From contig CAWCPV010000008.1 of the NCBI GenBank assembly GCA_963797555.1, positions 43,221-107,220 of the forward strand: a stretch of DNA of 64,000 nt, given 5' to 3'. The notes beneath the pieces are model-generated. The model did no database searches. It had not been told where the DNA came from and saw only the letters and a program-made list of their open reading frames with translations. Below, piece after piece: positions 1-10,039 of the stretch. Origin of the DNA: an uncultured Gammaproteobacteria bacterium (GTDB lineage Bacteria; Pseudomonadota; Gammaproteobacteria; CAWCPV01). Both the position numbers and the translations under genes were made by a program. Positions within the stretch are counted from its first letter, which is position 1. Each line of letters starts with the position of its first letter.

Positions 1-1
1 A

Positions 2-190
2 GTGGAGGCACTGGAAGAGGAGGTGCGCAAGCTCTCGACTGAGGATCTGGCCACATTTCGCCAATGGTTTCAGGCGTTCGACGCCGAAGCGTGGGATCGC
101 CAGATTGAGGCCGACGCGCTTGCAGGCAAGCTTGATGCGCTCGCGGGAGAGGCGTTGAGGGACTATCAGGCTGGGACCACGTCGCTTTGA
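2..190 (+). CDS. Putative antitoxin of a ParE/HigB-like TA pair (may be 5'-truncated by the window edge)
   Basis: Small acidic protein (WDRQIEAD..GKLD.LA.EAL) whose stop overlaps the start of a toxin-like ORF. Confidence 0.6.
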   Translation: MEALEEEVRKLSTEDLATFRQWFQAFDAEAWDRQIEADALAGKLDALAGEALRDYQAGTTSL

Positions 191-437
191 ATCATCACGC
201 TTCGCCGGCCTTCTGGGTCTGTTATCGCGCCCTGCCGCCAGCGGTGCGCGAACGGGGTGACAAAAACTTCTCCCTGCTCAAGCAAGACCCCTACCTCGCT
301 GCATTTTTAAGCGCATGGGCGTTATTTCTCGGTGCGCGTAGGTCGGCAGTACCGAGCCTTTGGGGCTTGAGGTGCCCGATGGGGTGCTGTGATTCTGGAT
401 AGGGAGTCATGCGGATTACGATAAGCTCGTGGGGTAA
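187..437 (+). pseudogene. ParE/HigB-like toxin, frameshifted with an internal stop
   Basis: N-terminus MNHHASPAFW.CYRALP..VRE..DKNF.LLK; the C-terminal FWIGSHADYDKLVG* (ends 437) is in another frame and follows a TGA. Confidence 0.65.
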
Positions 438-778
438 CAATTGCTTGCCGCCGAAGGGGAGGCGGCGTTAATGTTCCCGCCCGGGAGGCGTGACCGACGC
501 GATTCGAGCGAAACTGGGGGGGGTGGAGCGGGGCGCTCTGTGAGCGGTTCTTCAATCCGGTCCTGGAGAAGCTCACCCTACGTTCCGAGCAAGCCAGCGG
601 TTAGCCTCGGTGGCTGCAGGTCCGGCTCGCCGCGGCCCCCTATCTCGCCGACCTCGAACCGCTCCGTGAGGGTGATGATTCGTTTGCCGCGGCGTGTGCC
701 GGCCGAGGGCACCCCCGCGTCCTCGCGCGGTGCTGGGCGCCGTTCTGACGGGAGCACGCCCGGACGCGGCGCGTTGCC

Positions 779-1135
779 CTTGACACGCACCGTGTGTGCT
801 GTGCAAGCTTGTCCCTACGGCGCTGGTCCGCCCCCTGGCGGTGATGCCTCGGTGGGGAGAGCCGAGGTCCGGGCAGTAGGTAGCAGAAGGTGGCGGAGAA
901 GACCACCGGGAGGTGTCATGGGAGGCAACGCCACAATTCCGATCTGCCCATTAGGTCGGAACCCTCCGCGCCGCGGCAGGGATTACAAAGGCGCGGCGTC
1001 CGGCTCCGAGGTCTCCAGTGCGGGTCGGCCGCACCTTGTCCGCCTTTCCCCGGCGAGAAGTCTCTGCACCACGATCCGGCCTCGTAGGTTCACGGCATCT
1101 AAGGCCTTGTCTTGGCGCAGACTCACGGGCTTCCA
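779..1135 (+). repeat. About 350-bp element, copy 1 (begins with TTGACA)
   Basis: Colinear with 2089-2440, with many identical blocks (CCCCCTGGCGGTGA, GCAGAAGGTGGC, GGAGGTGTCATGGGAGGCAA, TGTCCGCCTTTCCCCGGCGAGAAG, AGACTCACGGGC). Confidence 0.85.
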
Positions 1136-1193
1136 CGGCGTCCGAACCGAGCACGGTCCGCGGGGTGGGCGTGCGGGATAGGCTGCATTAAGC

Positions 1194-1634
1194 ATGACCG
1201 ATGTCCGTAGAGCTGATCCGGCTGCTCGACGACGAGCGGTTCTCTTTGTCGCCGTCGCAATAGTTGTCGGAACGCTTCTGATTGTTGGCCTCGAGCGATA
1301 TCGCGACCCACTCCGCGATTGGGTCCTCGCGGAACCAGCGACATCAGCGGAGCGAATCAGCTTGATACTTCTACTTGTCGCCGCGCTCTTGCTAGCGCCG
1401 CTACTTGGGTTCGCGGCCTATCTTTGGTCGCTCGGCGGAAGGATTCTCCGAGCGAAAGAGTTTCCACCGCCGGAGCTTCACGTTATTCGCGATACTCAGG
1501 TCATCACCGGCGAAGCGGCGGTATCCCGGGGACGGCATCTCAGAATGCTGGCGGTTGGCTGTGGCGTTGCTAGCATTGCGTTAGGTTTTCTGCTCTGGCG
1601 CCTGGCGTCAATGTTTAACGACCATGCAGCCTAA
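1194..1634 (+). CDS. Hypothetical membrane protein (about 3 TM), probable gene cassette
   Basis: Three hydrophobic segments; the stop overlaps GCCTAAC (attC R''-like, 1629-1635). Confidence 0.7.
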   Translation: MTDVRRADPAARRRAVLFVAVAIVVGTLLIVGLERYRDPLRDWVLAEPATSAERISLILLLVAALLLAPLLGFAAYLWSLGGRILRAKEFPPPELHVIRDTQVITGEAAVSRGRHLRMLAVGCGVASIALGFLLWRLASMFNDHAA

Positions 1635-1789
1635 CCCCGTGCTAAACACGGCGCGCAGGGCGCGGGCCACGCCCGATCCCTGCGCGCTGGCGGACTCTCC
1701 ATCTTGGAAGGGCTCTACGCTAGAGGTCACCGCTTTGTTGACAACTAGCGGGGCAGATCGTCCGCCGGCGGATGCTAACAAGCGAGAAC

Positions 1790-2012
1790 TGACCCCAATG
1801 TCGCACTACTTGGGTTCGCGGCCTATCTTTGGTCGCTCGGCGGAAGGATTCTCCGAGCGAAAGAGTTTCCACCGCCGGAGCTTCACGTTATTCGCGATAC
1901 TCAGGTCATCACCGGCGAAGCGGCGGTATCCCGGGGACGGCATCTCAGAATGCTGACGGTTGGCTGTGGCGTTGCTATGGGTGACCCCAACGTCGCAGGC
2001 CCCAACGTCGCA
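1790..2012 (+). repeat. TGACCCCAA(T/C)GTCGCA repeats bracketing a 172-bp copy of 1401-1572
   Basis: Repeats at 1790-1805, 1982-1997 and partial 2000-2012; 1806-1977 equals 1401-1572 apart from one G>A change. Confidence 0.9.
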
Positions 2013-2088
2013 CCGTGCACCAGGGGGGCATCGCATGCACGTCGGGTGGGCAGCGGTGTGGTCCGCCGTCTCCAACGCCGGCGCGGGC

Positions 2089-2440
2089 CTTGACAGACGC
2101 CGCGTGCGCTGTGCAATCTTGTCTCCACGGCGCCGGCTGGCCCCCTGGCGGTGAGCCTCGGTGGGGAGCGGGTCGAGGTAGTACGCAGTGCAGAAGGTGG
2201 CAGAGAAGACCATCGAGGAGGTGTCATGGGAGGCAAGACCGCAATTCGAAGCTGTCCGTCAGACCTGGGCGCTCCGCGCCGCGGCCGGGATTACGAAGGC
2301 GCGCCATCCGGCTCCGGGGTCTCCCGTACGAATAGACCGACCCTGTCCGCCTTTCCCCGGCGAGAAGGCTCTTCACCGCGACCCAGCCTCGACCGTTCAC
2401 GGTGTGTACGTCCTTGTTTTAGCGGAGACTCACGGGCGTC
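2089..2440 (+). repeat. About 350-bp element, copy 2
   Basis: Diverged copy of 779-1135; followed by TTAGGC and the gene at 2478. Confidence 0.85.
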
Positions 2441-2477
2441 CGTATACTCGCTCTTAGGCGTTCCGAAAGGCTTGGTT

Positions 2478-3103
2478 ATGAGTTTATTTGGATTTTTGAG
2501 CAGGAAGAAACGAGTCTCTGGCACCATTGCCTACTTCGGCTTAGAAGACTGGTGGTTCTCGGCATTCTCCGAGCATGAGCGCCGATACATCCAACAGAGG
2601 TTCCAGCCGTTAGGTTCCTCTGGCAACTCCGTAACTTCCGGTGACATTAGCTATACAAGCCAATCTGTTGGCAGCTTTCTTAGCGCCTTGGCCGGGTGGT
2701 TTGGCAAGAAGGAAGATAGGCCCATTGCATATAGGATTCTAGAGAAAGCTGAAGAACTGTCTAAGACCGAGAGTCAAATTCTTGATATTCATTTCCTATA
2801 TGGAGAGCAACTTGCACTCTATTACAAGGACAGAGATAATCCGACGTTCTAGAAAAAGCTATTGAGGCATGCAAACGACAGATATCACTCGCTGACGCGG
2901 CAGCGAGTGCATTCCAAGCCGAGTATAAGGGCGATGCCTTGCCTAGTCACAAGGGGTATGAACAGTTGTCCATCATCTTGGAAAAGCAGATGAAGTTCGT
3001 CGAGACAATCGAGTTATGTACCCAAGCTGCGAAGCAAGGATGGGCTGGGGATTGGGAGAAAAGAATAGAACGTTGTAGCAAGAAGATAATGAAGAACGCA
3101 TAA
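2478..3103 (+). pseudogene. Hypothetical helical (TPR-like) cassette protein, one frameshift near 2848
   Basis: MSLFGFLSRKK... stops at 2852, but the next frame continues LEKAIEACKRQI...LPSHKGYEQLSIILEKQ...GWAGDWEKRIERC to TAA at 3103; low GC. Confidence 0.7.
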
Positions 3104-3539
3104 TGGTGAATCGTTAGGTCGTAAACTGCAGGATATTTTGCGAAGGACGACCTACTGATTCATCGCGGTGCTGAAATCAATTCAAAGGAGACGAAAATGT
3201 CAAGAAACGAAGATGCGATGATGCACCTAAGCTGGGCAAGGCAGGCAGAAAAACGAGGAGATTTTTTAGCCGCCAGGATAGAGTATCTTAAATGTGTAGA
3301 GTCTTGGAAACAGGCTGGTGACAATGTGGAGTTAGAAAAAGCGACGAAGGAATATGAAGCGTTCGTAAGACGAGACCCCATATTTGAGAAACTCATCTCC
3401 GTATTATTACCAATGATTCAGGCCGACCCGGGCGTTTTGCAATCCGACATCGCCAAACAAGCCGAGTCCATGGATTGGGCAGCGCTTTATAGTTACAACC
3501 GGCCGGTAGCAAGGGAAGATATCTATTACGCTCTTTAAT

Positions 3540-5065
3540 GGCTCTTTCCGGAATCGTGTGGGTAGCAATGGCTATGGCGTGGGGGCATCTGCCTGATCTC
3601 CGACACCAGCGGGTGTGTTGAACGGCGAGGCGGGCAGGTGGGCCAGGTTGCCGGCGATGAGGTAGGCGATGGTGATGAGCGAGTGCGTGGTGCGGTAGCC
3701 CCGGGCGCGAGCCTTGGCGGCCTGGATGAGGGAGTTGATGCCCTCGGCGCGGCCGTTGGTGAGGCCCGAGTGGAACGCAGCGAGCACGCCGTCCCAATGC
3801 TCTTTCAGGGTAGTGGCGAGGCGTTTCATGGGCTGCAGGCGGCTACGCCGTGCCCAGCTATACCAGCGCCCGAGGGCGCTCTCGGCCTGCTCGAGGGTGC
3901 TGGCCGTGGCGTAGATATCGCGCAGCGCCTCCTTGAGGCGCCAGGCACGGGCGGTCTGGAGGCGGCGCGGGAGAGCCAGTGGAAGTCGGTGAGCTGGTCC
4001 CAGGTCCAGTCGTGGGCGTCTTTGAGCCAGGTCCAACGGGTGCCTCTGAGGGCGGGCTCGGTCTTGATCTCCTGGCGGCGCACCGCATCGACCGCCTCGT
4101 TGGCGAGCTTGATCACATGGAAGGCATCGAAGCTCACCGTGGCCTGGGGCAGGTGCCTGGCCACCCCGGCGCGGTAGGCGCCGGACAGGTCGATGCACAC
4201 CTGCTCGATGGCCTGCGGGTCGCCGCCGTGCGCCTTGAGGTCGGCGGCGAAGGCCGCCACGGTGCTCTGGTCGCGGCCCTCGCAGGCGAACAGCAGGCGT
4301 TTTCCCGTGAGGTCATGGAACAGGCTGATGTAGTGCTGTTCACGCCGGGCAGCGGTCTCGTCCAGACCGATGGCGCGCACCTGGGAGTGGTCCTCCTGAT
4401 CGCGGGCCCTGCCCACGTAGTGCTTGAGTACCGCCCACAGGCGCTCATCGCCCACGCCCAGGTGCCGAGCCACGGTCGCCACCGGCATGGCCTGGCACAG
4501 CGTGACCACCAGCGCCTCCATCAGCGCCGTGAAGCCACTCTGTGCGCGCGCCCACGGCGCTTCGACCTGGGTCGTCTTGCCGCAGGCCTCGCAGCGCAAT
4601 CGCGGCAGATGCGCGTGCAGGTACGCCCGTGACTTAAAGAAGCTCAGGTGCTGCCAACTGCGCTCCCGGGTGTCGTGCACCGGCTGGCCTTGCGCTCCGC
4701 AGGCCGGGCAGGCAAAGCGGCTGCCCTTGGCAAACGCCACATCGAGGTCGATGCGCCCAGCCTCGGGGTCGAACCGCACGTCGGTGACCTCCCAAGGCAC
4801 CGTCAGGCCCAGTGCCGTGGTAAACAGATGCGTGGGCTGCACGGTGCTCCCCCCTTGGATGACGGCCTGTGGATTTGTGGACGAGTCCTGCGGAGCGGCC
4901 CGCGTCCCAAGGACCGTGTGGACAACCTCCCGGTTGCCCACACTCGCGGGCCTCTCGCCCACAACCCCACAAGCCCACAAGCCCAACCACAAGATGTTGT
5001 GATAAGCGACCAGTCAGGGCAAATGCTACTTCACCACCGCGACCCACACAATTTCCGAAAGAGCC
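3540..5065 (-). mobile_element. ISL3-family insertion sequence
   Basis: Terminal inverted repeats GGCTCTTTCCGGAA / TTCCGAAAGAGCC; near-perfect 8-bp target duplication TCTTTAAT (3532-3539) / TCTTTATT (5066-5073). Confidence 0.9.
3572..4842 (-). pseudogene. ISL3 transposase, frameshifted near 3965
   Basis: Zn-finger CPACG..CEACG, IGLDET, CIDLS, FDAFHVIK; TNGRAEGINSLIQAAKARARGY lies in a second frame. Confidence 0.85.
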
Positions 5066-5138
5066 TCTTTATTTCGCTGACAAGTTCGGCAGAATCACAA
5101 GGACCAAGAAAGGGCGGTCTTATGAAGTACGAATCGCC

Positions 5139-5246
5139 GGTTAACTACCGACGGCCTAAGCCGGTGTTGGAGGCGGGCGCGGGGAGACGGCACCATGTTT
5201 CCTATTATGGCCGGGACCGAGCTGCTAAAACGGCTTAGCGTTAGGC
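5139..5246 (+). other. Degenerate attC-like site
   Basis: GGTTAAC overlapping the upstream stop codon and GTTAGGC core (5240-5246) just before the next ORF. Confidence 0.5.
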
Positions 5247-5268
5247 ATTCCGCGATGGTCGTGGAAAG

Positions 5269-5970
5269 ATGAAAACGCGGCTCAGAATTCCAAAGATAGT
5301 TGAGAAACGTGTATTCCAGGAGGTAGGATCTCGCTGCCCTTTCTGCTCAGAGACCGAGGTTGCCTCTCTGGAAATCCACCACATTGATACTGATCCCGCA
5401 AATAACCGTTTCGAGAATCTCCTTCTCGTGTGCGCGACATGCCACTCAAAGATAACTGCCGGGATTATCTCTGAGGCAGATGTCCAATGGACGAAACGTC
5501 ATTTCAAAACGCCACTGCAGTCTATTCGCCGCAGCGCTGAGCCTTCCGTGGCGGTGTCAATCTCCCACTCCGAGTTCCGCGGCGATATAGCTCACACCAT
5601 CAACAAGATCGCGGCGCCACGTCCTCTACGGATACGACATCCCGAAGGTTCGTTAGGTGCCGACTTGAAGAAAAGAGGTTACATTGATTATTTGATTACT
5701 CAATACTTTTCGTTCCGAAAAGCTGGCGTTTCGTACGGGGACGTTCGAGCGTTTTCATATGCTGAACTTCATAGGACGATTCAAAAGAGGTTCGGGTACA
5801 AGACGTTTTTCATGCCTGTAGAGCTATTTTCTTCCCTTGTGAAATTTCTACAACACCGTATTGACCAGACTATTCTCGGAAAACATCGCCGCAGTGAAGG
5901 ACAAACAAATTACCACTCGTATGCGGAGCATGTTGAAAAGCATGAGCAAAAGAATGAGGGAGACGCGTAA
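5269..5970 (+). CDS. HNH endonuclease-domain cassette protein
   Basis: CPFC...LEIHHID.DPANN..ENLLLVCATCHSK at the N-terminus; stop overlaps GCGTAAC. Confidence 0.85.
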   Translation: MKTRLRIPKIVEKRVFQEVGSRCPFCSETEVASLEIHHIDTDPANNRFENLLLVCATCHSKITAGIISEADVQWTKRHFKTPLQSIRRSAEPSVAVSISHSEFRGDIAHTINKIAAPRPLRIRHPEGSLGADLKKRGYIDYLITQYFSFRKAGVSYGDVRAFSYAELHRTIQKRFGYKTFFMPVELFSSLVKFLQHRIDQTILGKHRRSEGQTNYHSYAEHVEKHEQKNEGDA

Positions 5971-6052
5971 CCATCGCCGCGGCCGGCGAGCGGTTCTGAG
6001 AGTATCCGGAGGGTCACGGTTGGGCCGCGGTGGCTGAGGGGCAACGTTATCG
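5965..6052 (+). other. attC-like site (left arm degenerate)
   Basis: GCGTAAC...CGCCGCGGCC/GGCCGCGGTG stem...GTTAT. Confidence 0.5.
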
Positions 6053-6188
6053 CGCTGGGCAAAGCTCGGCGCCTCTTGCAGGGTGAAAGTCCCTGTCGGG
6101 AAAGGGCTAGCCACCCACCCGTATCGAGTCTTGGGTCCATGGCGGAGCGGCCGATAGGCCGCGAACAAGATGGGCTAAGCGTAGACAG
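6049..6188 (+). mobile_element. 5' fragment of a group II intron adjoining an attC
   Basis: GCAAAGCTCGGCGCC..GCAGGGTGAAAGTCCCTG..CTAGCCACCCACCCGTATCGAGTCTTGG..GCGTAGACAG resembles domain I of bacterial group II introns; truncated at the GGGGTCAG motif. Confidence 0.55.
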
Positions 6189-6223
6189 TGGCAGTTAATG
6201 GGGTCGTTAATGGGGTCAGACTC

Positions 6224-7728
6224 TAATGGCACTTACTTAACCTTTTTCGGATGTCCGTTCTCGCGGATTTCTTCCCGTACGAGCTGTCTTGGCTTGCAGA
6301 GCAGCGGAAACGGTTTGGGTCGGCGTTTGACCGCTCTTGGCTCGACGCGCCGGGGGCGTTTCCCGACCCGCTGCTCGGCGATCATCACGAGTAAGGCAGA
6401 CAGAGTGACGGGGTCCTGCGCCCCGCCACGTTGCTGCCACACTGTCCAGATCTGGACGGTATGCTTGAAGCTGAGCTGGCGCGGGGTCTGATCGGCCAGC
6501 CAGGCGGCCTGGGCCATCAGCAACCGGATCAGATTGTAGGCCAGCAGATGAACCCAGACCTCTTTGATCGCCATCTCCGGGGTCTTGCAGCTCAGCATCT
6601 CCATGCCGAGCGTGGTCTTGATGTGGCGTAAGTCCAGCTCCACGTGCCAGCGCCGGCGATACAGCGTCTTGAGGGCGGGCTTCGGAGTGTGCCTGGGGCA
6701 GCAGAGCGTGGTGACCAGGGTCTTGCGGCCGGTGTGTAGCTCGCGCACCTGCAGGCTCTCGGGGGCTTGCTCGTAGTCGGCCTGGCGCATCCAGTCGGGC
6801 TTCTTGGGCTTGTGCAGCACGATGAGGTGGTCGCGCTCGCCGAGCTTCTCGCCCACAGAGAAGTCGATGCTGCGTCGCCGTGCCCCGTACTGTTCGAATA
6901 CTCCGTCCACGCCCCGTTGCACCAGCTCGGAGAGCAGGAAATAGGTCGCGTAGAAGGCATCCCCCAAGAGGATGTCACCGGGGCGCAGGGTATCGAGCTG
7001 GGAGCGCAGCAGAGTCTGTTCATCGCTTCCCTTGCCTTGGCACGGGCCCGTGGCCACATCGAGCAACCCGCCACTGCCCAGGCACAGCAAAGCGACCAGG
7101 CGGCACTGGGGAAAACCCAGGCCCGCCTTCTGGCTGGCCGGTTGCGGATAGGCCGCTTGATTCTCCGGTGTATCCGGCAGCACCACCGTCGCCCCATCGA
7201 CCAGACGCACCGGGCGACCCTGCCAGTGCCACATCGCCGGGGCACCCTCGGTGATTAGCCGCCCGGTGTGGCGGCACAGCCGCGTGACCATCTGAAGCGG
7301 CAGGCGCTGTCGTGCCTTGCAGTACGCCCCGGTGTGGGTACTGCATCGCGGCAGGCCGCCCACCAGGCGCTTGACCGCAGCATCATTCACCGCTTGCTGG
7401 CAGGAGCGGTCCGCCGAGAGCGTCTGCGCAAGAAACATCGACAGCGTCTCGGTGGGTGCAAACAGCCGCTCACGGTGCTCCGGCAGCAGCGACTCGACTT
7501 GCTCGAACAAGCGCGGGCCGGTGAGCAGGTTGAAAAACGCGTAGGAATCCGTGTTGGCAGCCTGATGACGAACCCGTCGCTGTTGCTGAACGCAGGCGCA
7601 GTGGCTAGGATGCATGAGGGCTGGCTCCCTGGGTGATGGACGTTGTGTTTGGCGACTCAACAGCCTATCACCTACGCCAGCCCTTCTGCATGCAAATTCA
7701 GTCAGTTGCGCTTAAGTAAGTGCCATTC
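6224..7728 (-). mobile_element. IS4-family insertion sequence
   Basis: 17-bp inverted repeats TAATGGCACTTACTTAA / TTAAGTAAGTGCCATTC; perfect 11-bp target duplication GGGTCAGACTC (6213-6223, 7729-7739). Confidence 0.92.
6233..7660 (-). CDS. IS4-family DDE transposase
   Basis: LVDGAT, LLGDAFY and YRRRWHVELDLRHIK (YREK motif); the true start may be the Met at 7615. Confidence 0.92.
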   Translation of the reverse strand: MSRQTQRPSPREPALMHPSHCACVQQQRRVRHQAANTDSYAFFNLLTGPRLFEQVESLLPEHRERLFAPTETLSMFLAQTLSADRSCQQAVNDAAVKRLVGGLPRCSTHTGAYCKARQRLPLQMVTRLCRHTGRLITEGAPAMWHWQGRPVRLVDGATVVLPDTPENQAAYPQPASQKAGLGFPQCRLVALLCLGSGGLLDVATGPCQGKGSDEQTLLRSQLDTLRPGDILLGDAFYATYFLLSELVQRGVDGVFEQYGARRRSIDFSVGEKLGERDHLIVLHKPKKPDWMRQADYEQAPESLQVRELHTGRKTLVTTLCCPRHTPKPALKTLYRRRWHVELDLRHIKTTLGMEMLSCKTPEMAIKEVWVHLLAYNLIRLLMAQAAWLADQTPRQLSFKHTVQIWTVWQQRGGAQDPVTLSALLVMIAEQRVGKRPRRVEPRAVKRRPKPFPLLCKPRQLVREEIRENGHPKKVK

Positions 7729-9180
7729 GGGTCAGACTCCATTGAGTGCGCGGTGAACTGCATTTCTCCGGCGAGCTGACACACTTGCCGAGCCACCAGG
7801 CTTTGCCCACCTGCTCACCGAGTTGCGCTCCCATGGACTGGTGGGCTACTCCAAGCCCCCGTTCGCCGCTCCCGAGCAGGTGCTGGCCCACAGGCTTCAG
7901 GCGGGCCTTGCTCATCAGCTCCTTCCCCAGGAGCCCAATCAGCTCCTCCAGGGTCTGAATCATCGCCAGACTGCTGTCCGCCGCCACCGCCTGAAGCTCA
8001 TCGAAGAGCTTCTACGGCGACTGAAATCGAGCCGCTTGATCTTGTCGCCGCTCAGCCGTCGCCGTGTGCACGTGCGAGCAGATTCTGCCACATGGAGCGC
8101 GGATGGTGGCGAAGCCACGGTGCCTCTATTGAATCGATGCAGGGGTGGGTACTGGCGAGCAGCCCGCTGATGGCGCGCCTAGTCGCCTGGCACGCTGAAC
8201 CGGGCGCAGGATCGGCTAGCGCGGAGTCGGTGCAGGCGACGTTGCTGTGGATACGGCTGTTGCTCCCCACGCCAAAAGCCACCGGACCCTACGGTGTCAT
8301 GGCGTACGACCACCGCCCCACGCGGCCATCGACCGCTGCCCGCAAGCCGGCTACGGCCCCCTGTAGTCCTCGCCCAATCTGCCGCTGCGGGCTACCTCTG
8401 CCATAGTGCAGTGCGGGGGAGACCACACAGACCGAGACCGGAGAAGGCGGTTTAGTCGCGAACGACATGAGACCACCCGGCACCAGCAGCGTGCCCGAAG
8501 CCAGTACGAACCATCCATGTGGGCGAGGCATGGGGAGGTCCGCCGGAGTCCTCAGGCCGTGGCATGCAGGAAGAGAGGCGTCAGAGAACCCAGTGGCAGT
8601 TAATGGGGTCAGACTCCATTGAGTGCGCGGTGAGCTGCACTTCTCCGGCGAGCTGACACACTTGCCGAGCCACCAGGCTTTGCCCACCTGCTCACCGAGC
8701 TGCGCTCCCATGGCTGGTCTACTCCTAGCCCCGTTGCCGCTCCCGAGCAGGTGTTGGCTTACCTCGGCGCTATGCCCACCGCGTCGCCATCAGCAATGAG
8801 CGGCTCCTCGATTCTCAGACGGCACCGACCGCTTGGCACGCCGCCGGGCGACCTTGCGCATTCCCGGCACCGACAGCAGGGGCTTCAAGGCAGGCTTCAG
8901 GCTCATCAGTTCCTTCCCCAGGAGCCCAATCAGCTCCTCCAGGGTCTGAATCACCGCCAGACCACTGTCCGCCGCCACCGCCTGAAGCTCATCGAAGAGC
9001 TTCTACGGCGACTGAGTCGAGCCGCTTGATCTTGTCGCCGCTCAGCCGTTGCCGGTGCGAGCAGAGTCTGCACATCGAGCACGGGGGTGGTGGCGAAGCC
9101 ACGGCGCCTACCATTGGATCTATGCAGGGGCGGGTACTGCTGCTCGCGGGCAGTATACCCGTGTGGCGGGCGGTGTGCGC
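7729..9180 (+). repeat. Imperfect tandem duplication (7729-8180 versus 8606-9180) starting at GGGGTCAGACTCCATTGA
   Basis: Near-identical blocks 7729-7885/8606-8757 and 7895-8060/8893-9050; CAGTGGCAGTTAATGGGGTC at 6186 and 8591. Confidence 0.85.
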
Positions 9181-9295
9181 GCTCGCTCGCCTTGGGATCT
9201 CCTGCGCGGGCACGGCCCCGATGTGGCTCCGCCTGCCTGCCAATCACTAGCCGGGTCTGGACCTGGGCCCGGGGCCAGCCCTCGGCCCAGGGGCC

Positions 9296-9640
9296 TCACT
9301 GGGCGCAGATGGCGATGGCCGTGGTTTGGCGTGCCATGGTGCCGGTGTTGTGCACCATGACATCCCAACCGTGATCGCTCAGGTTGCCATGGCCGTCGCT
9401 GGGCTCGGAGTGAAATACCTTGATGTCATCCGGCGTCTCAATGCTGAACCCGCCGCCGAGGACCTTCTTCCCGGCCGAGCAGTCCACATGCACCGTTTGG
9501 ACGGCGCCGCCTGCCACAAGGACGCGGTTTTGCAGGGTCTCGTAACCGTTGATGCCGGCGCAGCCGCCGAGCATGCTGGTTCCTGCCAGGAAACCGACCA
9601 GGATCACAGGGCGAGTCGCAAACCGTTTGGATAGCTGCAT
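9296..9640 (-). CDS. Small hypothetical lipoprotein
   Basis: RBS GGAGG, lipobox-like LGGC, motif C..GKKVLGGGF...W.V...AIC. Confidence 0.65.
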   Translation of the reverse strand: MQLSKRFATRPVILVGFLAGTSMLGGCAGINGYETLQNRVLVAGGAVQTVHVDCSAGKKVLGGGFSIETPDDIKVFHSEPSDGHGNLSDHGWDVMVHNTGTMARQTTAIAICAQ

Positions 9641-9816
9641 TTTCGACCTCCGTATGTGTCATGTCGTAGGACCTTCCACGCGGCCAGGTCATGCCCGCGA
9701 GCCGATACCCTAAAGGCAATCGCCGCTGCGGGCAATTCCACGGAAGTAATAGTGCGACAAACCTAGAAAAGGCGGTTTAGTCGCGAAGGACGTGAGATCT
9801 CCCTGGCACCAGCAGG

Positions 9817-9960
9817 TCAGGGGTTGATCTCCCTGGCGCGGGCATAGGCGCTCTGCGTGGCGGAGCGCGCCTGGATGACTTCGAACCAGCGCTTGAGTTT
9901 TGGGAAGTCGGCCAGGTGCTGGCGCTGCGCCCCGCCGGCACCAATGCCGCTCCACCGCGC
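9817..9960 (-). pseudogene. C-terminal fragment of a glutathione S-transferase-like gene
   Basis: QRQHLADFPKLKRWFEVIQARSATQSAYARAREINP* resembles YfcG-type GST C-termini. Confidence 0.55.
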
Positions 9961-10039
9961 GCTCGAACCAGAGGCCGGCCGCTTGAGTAGCAGGTGGACG
10001 TTGGCCAGCCTCGTGGAGACGATGCCGCCCTGCGGGGTA

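Larger units (their letters stand above)
3197..5144 (+). pseudogene. Hypothetical cassette gene interrupted by ISL3
   Basis: RBS AAGGAG; reading ...REDIYYAL resumes after the IS as YFADKFGRITRTKKGRSYEVRIAG* ending in GGTTAAC. Confidence 0.75.

Noticed and set aside
441-1181. 246-aa ORF spanning the repeated element
   Set aside because: Low-complexity Arg/Gly/Pro translation, and the frame is not preserved in the second copy
1401-1977. Possible DGR template/variable repeat pair
   Set aside because: Only one mismatch in 172 bp, and no reverse transcriptase or avd gene in the window
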